Part shown: positions 50,767 through 61,298 of the stretch, piece by piece | Layout of the letters: each line of letters opens with the position of its first letter | Numbering within the stretch: the first letter of the stretch is position 1 | From: Desulfuromonadales bacterium | Lineage (GTDB): Bacteria > Desulfobacterota > Desulfuromonadia > Desulfuromonadales > SZUA-540 | Assembly (NCBI GenBank): GCA_033549025.1 | Contig: JAWSUS010000006.1 | Coordinates: 64,001-128,000 of the forward strand | Length of the DNA stretch: 64,000 bases | Direction of reading: 5' to 3' | The notes under the pieces: model-generated | Database searches by the model: none | The model's input: only the letters and a program-made list of their open reading frames with translations | Told to the model about the DNA's origin: nothing | Position numbers and translations under genes: made by a program

Positions 50767-52365
50767 ATGTCCAAAAGCCTAAAGCTGCGGCTACTTCTGA
50801 TATTCTTTTGTCTTGCGATTTCAATGGTCTCCCTCGCACCGACCTTCTTCTCCAACAGCCTGCCGGGATGGTGGACAAGGAACTTCGATCCTATCAACCT
50901 TGGGCTTGATCTGCAGGGTGGTATGCATCTTGTCCTCGGTGTCGATGTCGACAAAGCCGTTGAAAGTCGTCTGGACAGCTTTGTCGATCAGGCGGAATCA
51001 CTCCTGGTTGAAAAGGACGTTATATTCAAACGAGTGGAGCGTCTCGAAGGTCAGCGCCTGGCCATTACGGTTTACGATGAAAACGCCGGTGCCCAGGTCG
51101 ATGACATTATGGCCAAGACCTTTCCCAACCTGGAAGCCATGACAATCCAGGATTCCAGCGGGTATATCCAGAAAAATTATCGCCTTACCGATAATGATAT
51201 CGCGGCGACCAAGGATTACGCCGTACGGCAGGCTCTCGAAACCATGAGAAACCGTGTCGACCAGTTCGGGGTCAGTGAACCGACCCTGCAGAGGCAGAGC
51301 GGCAACCGGATACTCATCCAGCTGCCCGGGATAAAGGATCCGGAGAGGGCTATTGCTCTTCTGGGCAAGACGGCTCGTCTTGAATTCAAGATGGTGGCTG
51401 AAGATGCCAATATTGAAGACGCGCTCAAGGGTATCCTGCCGCCCGGAACCGTCCTGCTTTACGAAAAAGATGCCGATCCCCGCACGGGTGTTGTCTCCGA
51501 ACGGCCTATCGTTGTTTACGATAAGACGGTTTTGACCGGGGATCTGCTTGCCGATGCCCAGGTTCGCATCGATACGCGCTTCAATGAGCCATATGTTTCC
51601 ATTGATTTCAATGCCGTGGGTGCCAAACGTTTCGAGCAGATCACGGCCGCCAATGTGGGTAAGCGCATGGCCATCGTGCTGGATGACTCGGTTTACTCTG
51701 CTCCTGTCATTCGTGAACGTATTGCCGGGGGCAGTGCTCAGATCAGCGGCTCCTTCAATGAACAGGATGCGACGGATCTCGCCATTGTCCTGCGGGCCGG
51801 TTCCCTGCCGGCGCCGGTTAAAATCCTCGAAGACCGCACCGTTGGTCCGTCCCTGGGGATGGATTCCATCAACAAGGGGATACTCTCCGTCGTCGTCGGC
51901 AGTATCCTGGTCATTGCGGCGATTCTGGTTTACTACAATCTGTCCGGGCTGGTTGCCAATCTGGCCCTGATTCTCAACGTCTTTTTCATCCTGGCCATGC
52001 TTTCCCTTTTCAAGGCCACTCTGACTCTGCCGGGGATCGCCGGGATCGTCTTAACCATTGGTATGGCTGTCGATGCCAACGTGTTGATATTCGAAAGAAT
52101 ACGCGAAGAGCTTCGTCTCGGCAAAACCCCTCACAATGCGCTTGAGTCCGGGTATGCCAAAGCGTTCTGGACCATCGTGGATGCCAACGTCACTACGCTC
52201 ATAGCGGCTCTGGTTCTCTTCCAGTTTGGAACCGGCCCGGTCAAGGGCTTTGCCGTAACCCTCTCTATCGGCATCCTGTCCTCCCTGTTTACGGCCATCT
52301 TCGTCTCCAGGGCGGTTTTCGACTTTATTCTGGAACGCCGTCACGTCAAACGGCTGAGCATATAA
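50767..52365 (+). CDS. secD: Protein translocase subunit SecD
   Basis: LGLDLQGG, RVDQFGVSEP and GMAVDANVLIFERIREE. Confidence 0.98.
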   Translation: MSKSLKLRLLLIFFCLAISMVSLAPTFFSNSLPGWWTRNFDPINLGLDLQGGMHLVLGVDVDKAVESRLDSFVDQAESLLVEKDVIFKRVERLEGQRLAITVYDENAGAQVDDIMAKTFPNLEAMTIQDSSGYIQKNYRLTDNDIAATKDYAVRQALETMRNRVDQFGVSEPTLQRQSGNRILIQLPGIKDPERAIALLGKTARLEFKMVAEDANIEDALKGILPPGTVLLYEKDADPRTGVVSERPIVVYDKTVLTGDLLADAQVRIDTRFNEPYVSIDFNAVGAKRFEQITAANVGKRMAIVLDDSVYSAPVIRERIAGGSAQISGSFNEQDATDLAIVLRAGSLPAPVKILEDRTVGPSLGMDSINKGILSVVVGSILVIAAILVYYNLSGLVANLALILNVFFILAMLSLFKATLTLPGIAGIVLTIGMAVDANVLIFERIREELRLGKTPHNALESGYAKAFWTIVDANVTTLIAALVLFQFGTGPVKGFAVTLSIGILSSLFTAIFVSRAVFDFILERRHVKRLSI

Positions 52366-52375
52366 GGAGTTCGAG

Positions 52376-53290
52376 ATGCAGCTTATCAAACCCGATATCA
52401 ATCTCGATTTTGTCGGCAAACGTAAAATGGCCGCTGTCTTTTCCGTGGCTCTCCTGGTCGTGGGGTTTTTGTCCCTGGTCATGCACGGTGGCCCCAATTA
52501 CGGAATCGACTTTTCCGGCGGCACGCTGGTGCAGGTTAAATTCAATCAGACAACCAGTGCCGGCGAGATCAAATCGGCCCTTACCGGACTTGACCTGGGG
52601 GGCGTCGTCGTTCAGCAGTTTGGTGATGAAGGCAATGAATTTCTCATTCGGTCTCAAAATACCTCCACTGAACTCAAGGGGCTTTCGCTGGAAATTTCAG
52701 ACGTTCTTGAAAAGAACTATGGGGAAGGGCAGGTTGAGGTCCGCCGGGCCGAAATGGTAGGGCCTCAGGTCGGTAAAGACCTGCGGGAAAAGGGTCTTAT
52801 GGCCATACTGTATGCCCTTGTTGGCATACTCATCTATGTGACCTGGCGCTTTGAATTCCGTTTTGCTGTTGGCGCCATCATCGCCCTGGCCCATGATGTT
52901 TTCATCACCCTGGGCGCCTTTTCGCTTTTCGGCAAGGAGATCGATCTGCCGATTATTGCCGCCTTTTTGGCGATTATCGGTTATTCGCTCAACGACACCA
53001 TCATTGTCTATGACCGCATTCGTGAGAACATGGGCAAACATGGGAAAGACGGTTTCGCCGCCGTGGTCAACCGCAGTGTAAACGAGACCCTCTCCAGAAC
53101 GATCCTGACCTCGGGGACGACCCTTCTGGTTGTCCTGGCGCTCTTTACTTTAGGGGGCGGGGTCATTCACAATTTCGCTTTCGCCCTTCTCGTCGGGATC
53201 ATTATCGGGACGTATTCATCCATATTTGTAGCAAGTGCAATTCTCGTCTTCTGGGATAATTACCGTTCGTCCAAAAAAGCGGCAAGCTAA
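52376..53290 (+). CDS. secF: Protein translocase subunit SecF
   Basis: GIDFSGG, GYSLNDTIIVYDRIRE and TLSRTILTS. Confidence 0.98.
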   Translation: MQLIKPDINLDFVGKRKMAAVFSVALLVVGFLSLVMHGGPNYGIDFSGGTLVQVKFNQTTSAGEIKSALTGLDLGGVVVQQFGDEGNEFLIRSQNTSTELKGLSLEISDVLEKNYGEGQVEVRRAEMVGPQVGKDLREKGLMAILYALVGILIYVTWRFEFRFAVGAIIALAHDVFITLGAFSLFGKEIDLPIIAAFLAIIGYSLNDTIIVYDRIRENMGKHGKDGFAAVVNRSVNETLSRTILTSGTTLLVVLALFTLGGGVIHNFAFALLVGIIIGTYSSIFVASAILVFWDNYRSSKKAAS

Positions 53291-53299
53291 AGGAAGGAA

Positions 53300-53881
53300 A
53301 TGTTCCTCATGAAGAACAAGGAAACTGTACTACTTGTTGTCATCGCCTTTATTGTCGGACTTTTGGTCGGCGTACTCCTCAGCAAGGGAGGCAAAGGCTC
53401 TTCGACCGCACCTCCGCCGGTCGCCTCACCCGCGCCCGTTGTCAATCATCAGAAAGAGATCGCTCTGCTGGAAAAGATCGTGGCCGATGAGCCTTCCAAC
53501 CGGCAAGCCTGGGTTAAGCTCGGCCATAATTTTTTTGATTCGGATCAGCCGATGAAGGCCATAGAGGCCTACGCCAAAGCACTGGAGCTTGATGGCCGGG
53601 ATGCCGATGTTCTTACCGACCAGGGTATTATGTTTCGCCGGGTAGGATGGTATGACCGGGCCATTGACAATTTTGTCAAGGCCGGCGAGATCAATCCCAA
53701 CCATGCCCAGAGCTTTTACAACCTGGGTATCGTCTATCGGTATGACGTTCAGGATTTCGCCAAGGCCAAAGAAGCCTGGACCCGGTTTCTGGTGCTGAGT
53801 CCGAGCGGAGCCGGTGCGGATCAGATCCGCAGGGAATTGCAGTTTATTGAGGCTCACCCCGCGGGAGTACCGTCAAACTGA
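53300..53881 (+). CDS. Membrane-anchored TPR protein
   Basis: N-terminal TM, Pro-rich linker and about 3 TPR-like repeats (AWVKLGH, AIEAYAKAL, FYNLGIVY). Confidence 0.85.
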   Translation: MFLMKNKETVLLVVIAFIVGLLVGVLLSKGGKGSSTAPPPVASPAPVVNHQKEIALLEKIVADEPSNRQAWVKLGHNFFDSDQPMKAIEAYAKALELDGRDADVLTDQGIMFRRVGWYDRAIDNFVKAGEINPNHAQSFYNLGIVYRYDVQDFAKAKEAWTRFLVLSPSGAGADQIRRELQFIEAHPAGVPSN

Positions 53882-53890
53882 CCTTGAGTA

Positions 53891-53927
53891 ACACAGCAAA
53901 GCCGGGGCTCTCCCGGCTTTGCTGTGT
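53891..53927. terminator. Strong hairpin between the TPR gene and recJ (terminator or processing stem)
   Basis: acacagcaaagccggg / cccggctttgctgtgt inverted repeat; no clear U tract. Confidence 0.6.
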
Positions 53928-53948
53928 CAGGACTTTGAAGCCTCGTCA

Positions 53949-55679
53949 ATGATAAATCCGGTTGTCAGAAAAAGATGGGCAGAGCGTGGCTCCAGGCCAG
54001 AGTCAGGCCAGGTGGCTGCCCTGGTGTCCGCCCTTGGAATCGGTGAGATCACCGCCGGTATTTTATGCCGGCGCGGGATTGTCGAGGAACAGGCGGGGAG
54101 AGAATATGCCGAATGCCTGCTGGCTTCCTTGCCCGATCCTTTTTTGCTCCCGGATATGGACAAGGGCGTAGAACGCCTCGCCCGTGCCCTGGAACAAGAG
54201 GAAGCGATTGCCATCCATGGGGATTATGATGTGGATGGCATTACCGGCACGGCTTTGCTGGTCCAGGGACTGCGTGATCTGGGGGGGCAGGTCGATTATC
54301 ACATCCCTTTGCGGCTCAAAGACGGCTACGGGCTTTCCGGGCAGGCCTTGACCGCCGCCTCGCAAAAGGGCGCTGCCCTCGTTGTCTCCGTCGACTGTGG
54401 GGTAAGTGCGGTGTCGGAGGCCGCCCTGGCCCTGGAACTCGGGCTCGACCTGATTATTACGGACCATCATCAACCTCCCGAGATTCTGCCCACGGCCTGC
54501 GCCCTGATCAATCCTCAACTGCCCCATTCTCATTTCCCCTTTAAATCTCTGGCCGGGGTCGGAGTCGCTTTTTTTCTCCTTGTCGCCTTGAGGAAGCATC
54601 TTCGGGAGATCGGTTTCTTTTCAAGGCGACAGGAACCCGATCTGCGCCTGCTCCTTGACCTGGTAGCGCTCGGAACCATCGCGGATATAGTCCCGCTGCA
54701 AGGGGTGAACAGAACCCTGACCAAAGTCGGGCTGGGGCTTTTGAACAGCTCTCCTCGACCGGGCATCTCCTGTCTGCAGAAAGTGACCGGCACCCGAGAA
54801 ATTTCCAGCGGCACCGTCGGCTTTCAACTGGCTCCGCGTCTCAATGCAGCGGGTCGATTGGAAGATGCTGCGCTAGGTGTGGATCTTCTTCTGATGGACG
54901 ATGGCGAGGGGGCCATGGAACTGGCCGAACTTCTCGATAGTTTTAACAAGGAGAGACAAAAGATAGAAAAGGAGACCTTCGAACAGGCGGTGCAACAACT
55001 GGAACAGCCTGGCGGAACCTCATTGTCTCATGCCATCGTCCTTGCTGATGAACGATGGCATCCGGGGGTCATTGGCATTGTGGCCAGCCGCCTGGTGGAA
55101 CGTTATCACCGCCCCTCTGTTCTCGTGGCCTTGGACGGAGAGCAGGGCAAGGGCTCGGCCCGATCGATTCCCGGCTTTCACCTATACCGGGCGCTGCAGA
55201 CCTGCGGCCATGTATTGGCCGGGTATGGCGGCCATGAATTTGCCGCCGGCCTTAGTATCGCGTTGGCAGACTTTCCTGAATTTGTTCAGGCATTTGATGC
55301 CCATGCTCAAAACGTCTTAAACGAGGACGACCTTAAGCCTTTGGTTTATTTTGATGAAGAAGTATGTCTTGAGGAAATCTCTCTCGAACTGGTCAAAGAA
55401 CTGGAGATGATGCAGCCCTTTGGCGCTGGCAATCCCGAACCGGTCTTTGTGGCCAGGAAGGTAAGGGCTTTGGGCGTAGAGACACTCAAGGAACAGCATC
55501 TGCGCTGGAAGGCCTGCCAGAACGGCGTCGTGCATCCCTGTATTGCCTTCGGCCTGGCCGCGCGCAGTGACGAACTGCGGGACGAGTTCGATATGCTGTT
55601 TACCCCTTCCCTCAACGAATGGCGGGGAAGGGTCTCCCTTCAGCTGAGAATCAAGGATATCCGCCCCTGTAGGGATTAG
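53949..55679 (+). CDS. recJ: ssDNA-specific exonuclease RecJ
   Basis: GDYDVDG, DGYGL, TDHH, LGTIADIVPL, PRLNAAGR, GSARS and GGH; start moved to ATG at 53949. Confidence 0.97.
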   Translation: MINPVVRKRWAERGSRPESGQVAALVSALGIGEITAGILCRRGIVEEQAGREYAECLLASLPDPFLLPDMDKGVERLARALEQEEAIAIHGDYDVDGITGTALLVQGLRDLGGQVDYHIPLRLKDGYGLSGQALTAASQKGAALVVSVDCGVSAVSEAALALELGLDLIITDHHQPPEILPTACALINPQLPHSHFPFKSLAGVGVAFFLLVALRKHLREIGFFSRRQEPDLRLLLDLVALGTIADIVPLQGVNRTLTKVGLGLLNSSPRPGISCLQKVTGTREISSGTVGFQLAPRLNAAGRLEDAALGVDLLLMDDGEGAMELAELLDSFNKERQKIEKETFEQAVQQLEQPGGTSLSHAIVLADERWHPGVIGIVASRLVERYHRPSVLVALDGEQGKGSARSIPGFHLYRALQTCGHVLAGYGGHEFAAGLSIALADFPEFVQAFDAHAQNVLNEDDLKPLVYFDEEVCLEEISLELVKELEMMQPFGAGNPEPVFVARKVRALGVETLKEQHLRWKACQNGVVHPCIAFGLAARSDELRDEFDMLFTPSLNEWRGRVSLQLRIKDIRPCRD

Positions 55680-55689
55680 GCGGCTCGGC

Positions 55690-56499
55690 TCATTTTTGTG
55701 TGGTGCCTCGCAGGTAGATGAACCAGTAGGTGAGGGCCACAAAGACGACCCCTCCCAGAATGTTACCCACCGTCACGGGGAGCAGGTTCCCTGTCAGAAA
55801 GTTTCCCCAGGTAAGACCGGGTACCTCCCGTCCCAGTTCATCCGCCAGCAGCAGGCCGGTGGGAATGAAGTACATGTTGGCGACACTGTGCTCGAAGCCG
55901 CTGGCGACAAAGGTCATGATCGGGACATAGCAGGCCAGTATCTTGCCGGGAATATCCCGCGCTGCAGTCGCCATGAATACCGCCAGGCATACCAGCCAGT
56001 TGCAGAAAATCCCCCGAACCAGCGCCACGGAAAAAGAGAGTTCGCACTTGCTGGCAGCAATGCTGATGGCGTAATCGGCGACATTGCCGCTTTTCCAGAG
56101 GTCCGAGTGAAGCATAAGCCAGGCGAAGAACAGGGACCCGATCAGGTTTCCTAAAATGACGATGAACCAGTTTTCCCAGATTTTATGCCAGGGGATCTGG
56201 CCCTGCAGGGCCGATTTGGTCAGCAGGCTGTTGCCCGTGAACAGTTCGGCCCCGCAGATGACCACCAGCATCAGTCCCATGGAAAAGACACTCCCCGCCA
56301 GCAGACGGCTGAGCCCCTGACCGAGGTAGCTGGCGCTGTCCTGCGTGATGACGGTCGCCAGCTGGGCCCCAAAGGCAATATAAAAACCGGCCAGAAGGCT
56401 CAGGACCACGGTTCGGGAGACCGGTTGCGTCGTTACGCGCTTGCCGTTTTCTACGATGGCCAGAGCCGTTTCCCGGGGAGGGAGAAATCTTTTTTCCAT
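55690..56499 (-). CDS. Formate/nitrite transporter (FNT) family channel
   Basis: GAELFTGN, CNWLVCLAV, GFEHSVANM and GNILGG. Confidence 0.95.
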   Translation of the reverse strand: MEKRFLPPRETALAIVENGKRVTTQPVSRTVVLSLLAGFYIAFGAQLATVITQDSASYLGQGLSRLLAGSVFSMGLMLVVICGAELFTGNSLLTKSALQGQIPWHKIWENWFIVILGNLIGSLFFAWLMLHSDLWKSGNVADYAISIAASKCELSFSVALVRGIFCNWLVCLAVFMATAARDIPGKILACYVPIMTFVASGFEHSVANMYFIPTGLLLADELGREVPGLTWGNFLTGNLLPVTVGNILGGVVFVALTYWFIYLRGTTQK

Positions 56500-56523
56500 G
56501 GGGGTCCTTTCCGAACGTCCGGA

Positions 56524-57711
56524 CTAGAGGCCAACTTCCTTGGCCAATTTCTCCCAGGCCGGCAGGCTGCGATGGATCACGGCTGTGTCGATGCAGTAGG
56601 CGATGCGGAAAAACCCGGGGGCGCCGAAGCCGCTGCCTGGAACCAGAAGGATATTGTGCTTCTGGGCGAGGCGGACGAAGGCGACATCATCGGGCAGGGG
56701 AGAGCGGGGGAAGAGATAGAACGCTCCGCCAGGTTTAACCATGGTGAAGCCCATGGCGGTGAGATTGTCGTAAAGAAGATCGCGTTTGGCCTGATATTCC
56801 TGGATGTCGACACTTTCTCTTTGCAGAGGGGTGACCAATCGCTGAACCAGCGCCGGGGCGTTGACGAAGCCGAGCACACGATTGCAGAAAACGGCGCCCT
56901 CGATAAAAACAGCGACATTGTCCATGGCGGGATTGACGGCCAGGTAGCCGATCCGCTCACCGGGTAGGGCCAGATCCTTGGAGTGGGAAGTGACGATGAC
57001 GGCGTTTTTCACATGATGGAAAATGCCGGGAACCTGCTGATCATCGTAAAGAATACGGGCGTAGGGTTCATCGGATATAAGGAATATCTGGCGGTCCAGT
57101 TCCTTTTCCTTGCGGGCCAGCAGTTGTCCCAACCGCTGAAGAGCTTCGGCCGGGTAAATAACACCCGTGGGGTTGTTGGGCGAATTGATGATTATGGCGG
57201 CGGTCTTTTCGGTTATCGCTTGCTCAATAGCCGCCAGATCCAGTTGGAAGGAGTCCGGCTGGGTCTGCACTTCCCGGGTCGTGCCGCCATGATTGTCAAT
57301 GTAAAACCGGTATTCGACAAAGAAAGGGGCCAGCACGATGACTTCATCGCCGGGATTAAGGACGGTTTTAAGGACAACATTGAGGGCGGCGCCGGCCCCA
57401 CAGGTCATCACCACATGGTTGGCGGTCAGCGCCTGGGGTGATTTTTCGGAAACCACTTCGGCGACGGCCACCCTGGTTTCTTCATAACCGGCGTTGTTCA
57501 TGTAGCGGTGCATCCCCGGGATAGGGTTGTTGGCCAGCTTGAGCAGTTCCTCGCGGAAAGCTTCGGGCGGCTCCATGCAGGGGTTGCCAAGCGTGAAATC
57601 GAAGACATTTTCATCGCCATGGATTTTGCGGAGCATGGCCCCTTCTTCGAACATTTTGCGGATCCAGGAAGCCTTTTCGATGAAGCTGGACACCTTGACA
57701 GATATGGACAT
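56524..57711 (-). CDS. PLP-dependent class I aminotransferase (aspartate aminotransferase-like)
   Basis: SWIRKMFEEG, NSPNNPTG, SDEPY and SHSKDLALPGERIGY. Confidence 0.92.
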   Translation of the reverse strand: MSISVKVSSFIEKASWIRKMFEEGAMLRKIHGDENVFDFTLGNPCMEPPEAFREELLKLANNPIPGMHRYMNNAGYEETRVAVAEVVSEKSPQALTANHVVMTCGAGAALNVVLKTVLNPGDEVIVLAPFFVEYRFYIDNHGGTTREVQTQPDSFQLDLAAIEQAITEKTAAIIINSPNNPTGVIYPAEALQRLGQLLARKEKELDRQIFLISDEPYARILYDDQQVPGIFHHVKNAVIVTSHSKDLALPGERIGYLAVNPAMDNVAVFIEGAVFCNRVLGFVNAPALVQRLVTPLQRESVDIQEYQAKRDLLYDNLTAMGFTMVKPGGAFYLFPRSPLPDDVAFVRLAQKHNILLVPGSGFGAPGFFRIAYCIDTAVIHRSLPAWEKLAKEVGL

Positions 57712-57918
57712 GAGTGACTCCTTCGGGGTGATTAAAAAAGGCGCTCAGTTTATCTTTGACGATAGGGCAGGGTCAAGGGGAAAGGGAGGGACGGCAGGTT
57801 CTGCCGACCTTGCCGTGTAACTTGCCGTTTCCATATATTGTCCTGGTTTTTATTGCATTTTTCGGTTTGATGTTCTAGATTTTCGGCTTCGGTTTATCTT
57901 CCAGATGCAGGGGGCGAT

Positions 57919-58998
57919 ATGGGAAAGGAAAAAGGCAGGCTCGATGATTTGCGTCATCGCATCGACTCCATTGATGACGACATTCTGTCTCTGCTGAATG
58001 AGAGGGCTAAAGTCGTCATCGAAGTCGGCAAGACCAAAGAGGGCGACAGGCAGGAATTTTACGTTCCCAGCCGTGAGATGGCTATCTATCAGCGCCTGAC
58101 CGCCCACAATCCCGGGCCTTTTCCTTCTGAGGCCATTCGCCGGGTATTCCGGGAGATTATTTCGGCCTCCCTGGCTCTGGAACATCCAATGAAGGTCGCC
58201 TTTTTGGGTCCGCAGGCGACCTTTACCCATGCCGCTGCCCTGCAACAATTCGGTCTTTCCGCCCAGCTCGTGCCGCAAAGGAGTATTCCGGCGGTCTTTG
58301 ATGAGGTCTTGCGCGGCCGGTGCCATTATGGCGTTGTTCCCGTCGAGAATTCGACAGAGGGGGTTGTCTCTCACACCCTGGATATGTTCATGGATTCGGA
58401 CCTGCAGATTAACGCGGAAATTCTGCTGGAAATATCCCACGATCTGCTCTCCCTCTCCGGCGACCTTGAGCGCGTCAGAAAGGTCGTTTCCCACCCGCAG
58501 GCCTTGGCCCAGTGCCGCAAATGGCTGGAAGACAATCTGCCCGATATCCCTCTGGTCGATGTCGGCAGCACCGCTCTGGCGGCCCAGATGGTAGCCGAAG
58601 ACGATGCCGCCGCCGCCATCGCCAGCGAAATGGCCGCTTCCCTGTACGGGCTGCGGGTGGCCAAAAAGAAGATCGAGGACAACCCGAACAATTACACGCG
58701 CTTTCTGGTCATTGGCAGAAAAAGACCGGCGCGAAGCGGGCAGGACAAAACCTCCATCATGTTCAGTGTCAAGGACGAGCCTGGCATTTTGTATCGCATG
58801 CTTGAACCTTTCAGCACACGTCAAATTAACCTGTCCAAAATCGAAAGCCGGCCCCTGAAGAAAAAAGCCTGGGAATATATCTTTTTCCTCGATATTGAAG
58901 GACATCTGGAGGATGACCGGGTGAAGGAAGCCGTTGAAGATTTGCGCCAGTACTGCCAATTCCTTAAGGTCCTTGGCTCCTACCCGAGAATCCGATAA
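57919..58998 (+). CDS. pheA: Chorismate mutase / prephenate dehydratase (P-protein)
   Basis: AroQ domain (LRHRIDSID), PVENSTEG, SHPQALAQC, NYTRF and IESRP. Confidence 0.97.
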   Translation: MGKEKGRLDDLRHRIDSIDDDILSLLNERAKVVIEVGKTKEGDRQEFYVPSREMAIYQRLTAHNPGPFPSEAIRRVFREIISASLALEHPMKVAFLGPQATFTHAAALQQFGLSAQLVPQRSIPAVFDEVLRGRCHYGVVPVENSTEGVVSHTLDMFMDSDLQINAEILLEISHDLLSLSGDLERVRKVVSHPQALAQCRKWLEDNLPDIPLVDVGSTALAAQMVAEDDAAAAIASEMAASLYGLRVAKKKIEDNPNNYTRFLVIGRKRPARSGQDKTSIMFSVKDEPGILYRMLEPFSTRQINLSKIESRPLKKKAWEYIFFLDIEGHLEDDRVKEAVEDLRQYCQFLKVLGSYPRIR

Positions 58999-59020
58999 GC
59001 GTGAAGGATGTTTTTTTGCA

Positions 59021-59893
59021 ATGAAAGATAATCCGGTTTTTATTCCCAAGCTGGCCGTGGTCGGCGTTGGGCTCATCGGCGGATCTCTGGCTCTGGCCCT
59101 GAAGTCGGCCAAGGCTGTTGGAGAGGTTGTCGGCATCGGGCGAGGGCTCGCCAACCTGGAAAAAGCGCTCGAGCTGGGTGTGGTGGACCGCATCGAGCAG
59201 GATTCCTGCGCAGGCGTCGCTGACGCCGATCTCGTTTTTCTGGCCACCCCCGTCCGCTCACTGGAATCCGTTGCCGCTGTCATTGCCCCGTCCATGAAGC
59301 CGGGAGCGGTGCTGACCGACGGCGGCAGTGTCAAGGCCGAGGTGGTCCGGGCCATTGAACCGCTGATGCCCGCCGGCGTCCATTTCGTGCCGGGGCATCC
59401 GATTGCCGGCACCGAAAAGAGCGGCGCCGAGGCGGCTTTTGCTACGCTGTACCAGGGCAAACGCTGCATCCTTACCCCGACAGAAGCCACGAACCCGGCC
59501 GCTTTGGATCTGGTGAAAAGGGTCTGGGAAAGGGCCGGCAGCGAGGTCGTGCTTATGGATGTCGAAAAACATGACCGGATTCTGGCCGCCATCAGCCATC
59601 TCCCCCATATGGTGGCCTATTCGCTGGTCAACTCGGTCGGTTCTTATGACCGCTATCCGGAGAATATCCTGGACTACTCGGCCGGCGGCTTTCGGGACTT
59701 TACCCGCATCGCATCTTCGGACCCCACCATGTGGCGTGACATCGCCATGACCAACAGGGAAGCCCTGGTTGAAATGATGGAGAATTTCGAGGCGTGTTTT
59801 GCCGAATTAAAAAAGGATGTCCGGGAGGGCGACGGTGAGAAACTTTTCGAGTTTTTCATGCGCTCCAAAAAGAGCCGGGACGCCATTCTCTGA
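59021..59893 (+). CDS. tyrA: Prephenate/arogenate dehydrogenase
   Basis: GVGLIGGS, HPIAGTE, HDRILAAISHLPH and FRDFTRIA; start moved to ATG at 59021. Confidence 0.93.
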   Translation: MKDNPVFIPKLAVVGVGLIGGSLALALKSAKAVGEVVGIGRGLANLEKALELGVVDRIEQDSCAGVADADLVFLATPVRSLESVAAVIAPSMKPGAVLTDGGSVKAEVVRAIEPLMPAGVHFVPGHPIAGTEKSGAEAAFATLYQGKRCILTPTEATNPAALDLVKRVWERAGSEVVLMDVEKHDRILAAISHLPHMVAYSLVNSVGSYDRYPENILDYSAGGFRDFTRIASSDPTMWRDIAMTNREALVEMMENFEACFAELKKDVREGDGEKLFEFFMRSKKSRDAIL

Positions 59894-59939
59894 TTTTCCC
59901 ACAAATCGACGCCATCCTTTTGCTTGAAGGAGTTTTCAT

Positions 59940-61232
59940 ATGTCGCAATCCAAAACAGTGAGCCCGGCTGCTGGGCTGAAGGGGGAGATTGCTGTCCCCG
60001 GCGATAAATCCATTTCTCATCGCTCCATCATGCTGGGCTCTTTGGCCGACGGGGTCACGGTGGTCCATGGGTTTCTGCACGGGGAAGATAATCACGCTAC
60101 CCTCAACGCGTTTCGCTCCATGGGCGTTGAGATTGAGAACCTGCCGGGGGATGGCCTCAAAATCCACGGACGGGGACTGGATGGCCTGCAAGAGCCGGCC
60201 GATGTCATTGACTGCGGCAATTCGGGGACGACTATCCGGCTGATGACCGGCCTGCTGGCCGGGCAACGGTTTTTTAGCGTCCTCACGGGGGATCGTTATC
60301 TGCGCAAAAGGCCCATGCGCCGGGTGGTTGAGCCCCTTTCCCGCATGGGAGCGCGCATTTGGGGCCGCCAGGGAGGGCAGCTGGCGCCTCTGGCTCTGCA
60401 GGGAGGAAAGCTCGAAGGGCTCGACTATGATTCTCCTATTGCCAGCGCTCAGGTGAAGTCCGCTTTGCTTTTGGCCGGACTTTACGCCGACAGTCCCACC
60501 ACCGTGAAAGAGCCGCATCTGTCCCGGGATCACAGCGAGCGCATGCTCACGTATTTTGGGGCCAAGGTCGAGCCATTTGCCGGCGGCGTGCGCATATTCC
60601 CCCGGCCTGCCCTCAAGGGCCGGGAAGTTCACGTCCCCGGCGACATTTCCTCGGCCGCCTTTTTTATGGTCGCGGCCCTGGTTACCCCCGGTTCCGATGT
60701 CTTGATCCGCAATGTCGGTATCAACCCGACACGCAGCGGTATTATCGATATCCTGCAAGCCATGGGCGGCGATCTGCGTGTCCTCGACCCCCGTGAGCAT
60801 TCGGGCGAGCCGGTCGCTGATATTCATGTCAGGAGCAGCGACCTGCAGGGCATCGACATTGGTGGAGAACTGGTGCCGAGGGCCATCGATGAATTTCCCG
60901 TTGTCAGTGTCGCCGCCTGTTTTGCCCAGGGTCAGACCGTTATTCGCGACGCCCGCGAACTGCGTGTCAAGGAAACGGATCGCATAGCGGCCATGACCTC
61001 GGAACTCACCAAACTGGGGGCCTCTGTCGAGCCCCGGGAGGACGGCATGGTGATTTCCGGTGGGCAGCCGTTGCAGGGCGGCCACGTCATCTCCCATGGC
61101 GATCACCGCATTGCCATGAGCATGGCTGTTGCGGCGCTGGTCGCGGCCGGCCCCGTAACGATTGATGATGTGCAGTGTACAGCGACATCCTTTCCGAATT
61201 TTTGGGAATTGCTGGAAGGTATTCGGCTTTAG
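59940..61232 (+). CDS. aroA: EPSP synthase
   Basis: PGDKSISHR, GNSGTT, SAQVKS, RDHSE, ELRVKETDRI and DHRIAM. Confidence 0.98.
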   Translation: MSQSKTVSPAAGLKGEIAVPGDKSISHRSIMLGSLADGVTVVHGFLHGEDNHATLNAFRSMGVEIENLPGDGLKIHGRGLDGLQEPADVIDCGNSGTTIRLMTGLLAGQRFFSVLTGDRYLRKRPMRRVVEPLSRMGARIWGRQGGQLAPLALQGGKLEGLDYDSPIASAQVKSALLLAGLYADSPTTVKEPHLSRDHSERMLTYFGAKVEPFAGGVRIFPRPALKGREVHVPGDISSAAFFMVAALVTPGSDVLIRNVGINPTRSGIIDILQAMGGDLRVLDPREHSGEPVADIHVRSSDLQGIDIGGELVPRAIDEFPVVSVAACFAQGQTVIRDARELRVKETDRIAAMTSELTKLGASVEPREDGMVISGGQPLQGGHVISHGDHRIAMSMAVAALVAAGPVTIDDVQCTATSFPNFWELLEGIRL

Positions 61233-61298
61233 AAGAATGCGGAGTTTGTTTGCCGCTTTTAACAGCACATCAGTTTGTGCGTATGTGGAGTTTTTTGC

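Noticed and set aside
57850..59592. 580-aa minus-strand ORF
   Set aside because: Antisense to pheA/tyrA; low-complexity shadow translation.
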